DNA from: a virus
Taxonomy: Duplodnaviria; Caudoviricetes
DNA length: 64,000 bases
Direction: 5' to 3' (one strand)
Virus record (IMG/VR): IMGVR_UViG_3300021400_000063
Positions 63,345 to 64,000 of the stretch are shown piece after piece. Each line of letters starts with the position of its first letter. Positions within the stretch are counted from its first letter, which is position 1. Below the pieces are notes generated by a model that saw only the letters and a list, made by a program, of their open reading frames with translations, was not told the DNA's origin and searched no databases. The translations under genes and the position numbers were made by a program.

Positions 63345-64000
63345 TTAATAGTTCATAAGAAGTTCTATATTAATTCGTTTATTTTTTGGAACGTTTAATA
63401 TTTCATTCACTTTATAAATACTATTATCTTTTATAACGTGTCTCCAGTTTCTCATAGTTACTTCTATCATATTCTTATAAATTAATGAGTTTAAATCACC
63501 CTCCAGTTTTTTTAATCTGTTTTCGATCTTTTTCATTTTTGTGAATTTTTTGATTATTAATAATTTGGTTTTTATATCATTAAAATCTTCGGTTCTATGT
63601 TTCTTTATAAAATCCATAATTATATTATCGACTTTAAATTTATTTGTCAATTGTAATTCATTTAAAGTTTCATATATGGTTAACAAATTTATTACAGTAT
63701 TCATGTATAATGGTTCTACATCTGATAAATTTTCTTCTTTAAAATTTTGAAAACCGTATAAATGTATTCCATCATTATTTATAAAGAAATAATAATTTTT
63801 TGTAAGTTTATAAATCAATTCATTCATATTGAATTTACAAAGATCGAAGAATAATATTTCTTTATTTGAATCGGAACGACTAATACAAATAGTTCGTATC
63901 AGATTATACTTCATGAAGAAACCTTGATTAAAGTTATCATAATAATAAATATAAATTCTAGGAATCATTGTTATTAAAGGAATTAACTTTTTAATTAAAG
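63345..64000 (-). CDS. Partial hypothetical protein
   Basis: Frame remains open upstream of 63968 to the window end. Confidence 0.6.
   Translation of the reverse strand, partial: LIKKLIPLITMIPRIYIYYYDNFNQGFFMKYNLIRTICISRSDSNKEILFFDLCKFNMNELIYKLTKNYYFFINNDGIHLYGFQNFKEENLSDVEPLYMNTVINLLTIYETLNELQLTNKFKVDNIIMDFIKKHRTEDFNDIKTKLLIIKKFTKMKKIENRLKKLEGDLNSLIYKNMIEVTMRNWRHVIKDNSIYKVNEILNVPKNKRINIELLMNY

Overview
Very AT-rich, gene-dense segment of a jumbo bacteriophage of the multisubunit-RNA-polymerase (phiKZ/AR9-like) type, probably infecting an anaerobe. Core genes: a 1687-aa RNAP beta-like subunit, putative virion proteins, SbcD, NrdG, ThyX-like protein, dUTPase, GyrB/ParE, a Dda/RecD2-like helicase, C39-like and M23 peptidases, HNH endonucleases and four canonical tRNAs. 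Two promoter classes recur (TATATTAT... and RACW-N6-TR), as do bidirectional terminators. Main points of interest: (1) a TIGR-Tas-like RNA-guided locus, with a nuclease-less Nop/IS110-fold gene (50560-51474) flanked on both sides by 37-nt-period dual-repeat arrays of 16 and 7 units; (2) five tRNA-shaped RNAs lacking a normal anticodon loop, two of which share a conserved GAAA-capped helix in its place; (3) three +1 frame disruptions that all fall at an in-frame AGG codon and put Gly at the junction (Ty1-like +1 frameshifting, or indels); (4) anaerobic nrdD split by three group I introns (one with an HNH gene) plus an Ala-initiated mini-intein at the catalytic Cys; (5) a ~790-nt candidate large ncRNA, several candidate sRNAs and duplicated promoter/leader cassettes. 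All calls come from reading the sequence by eye; no database searches were run.
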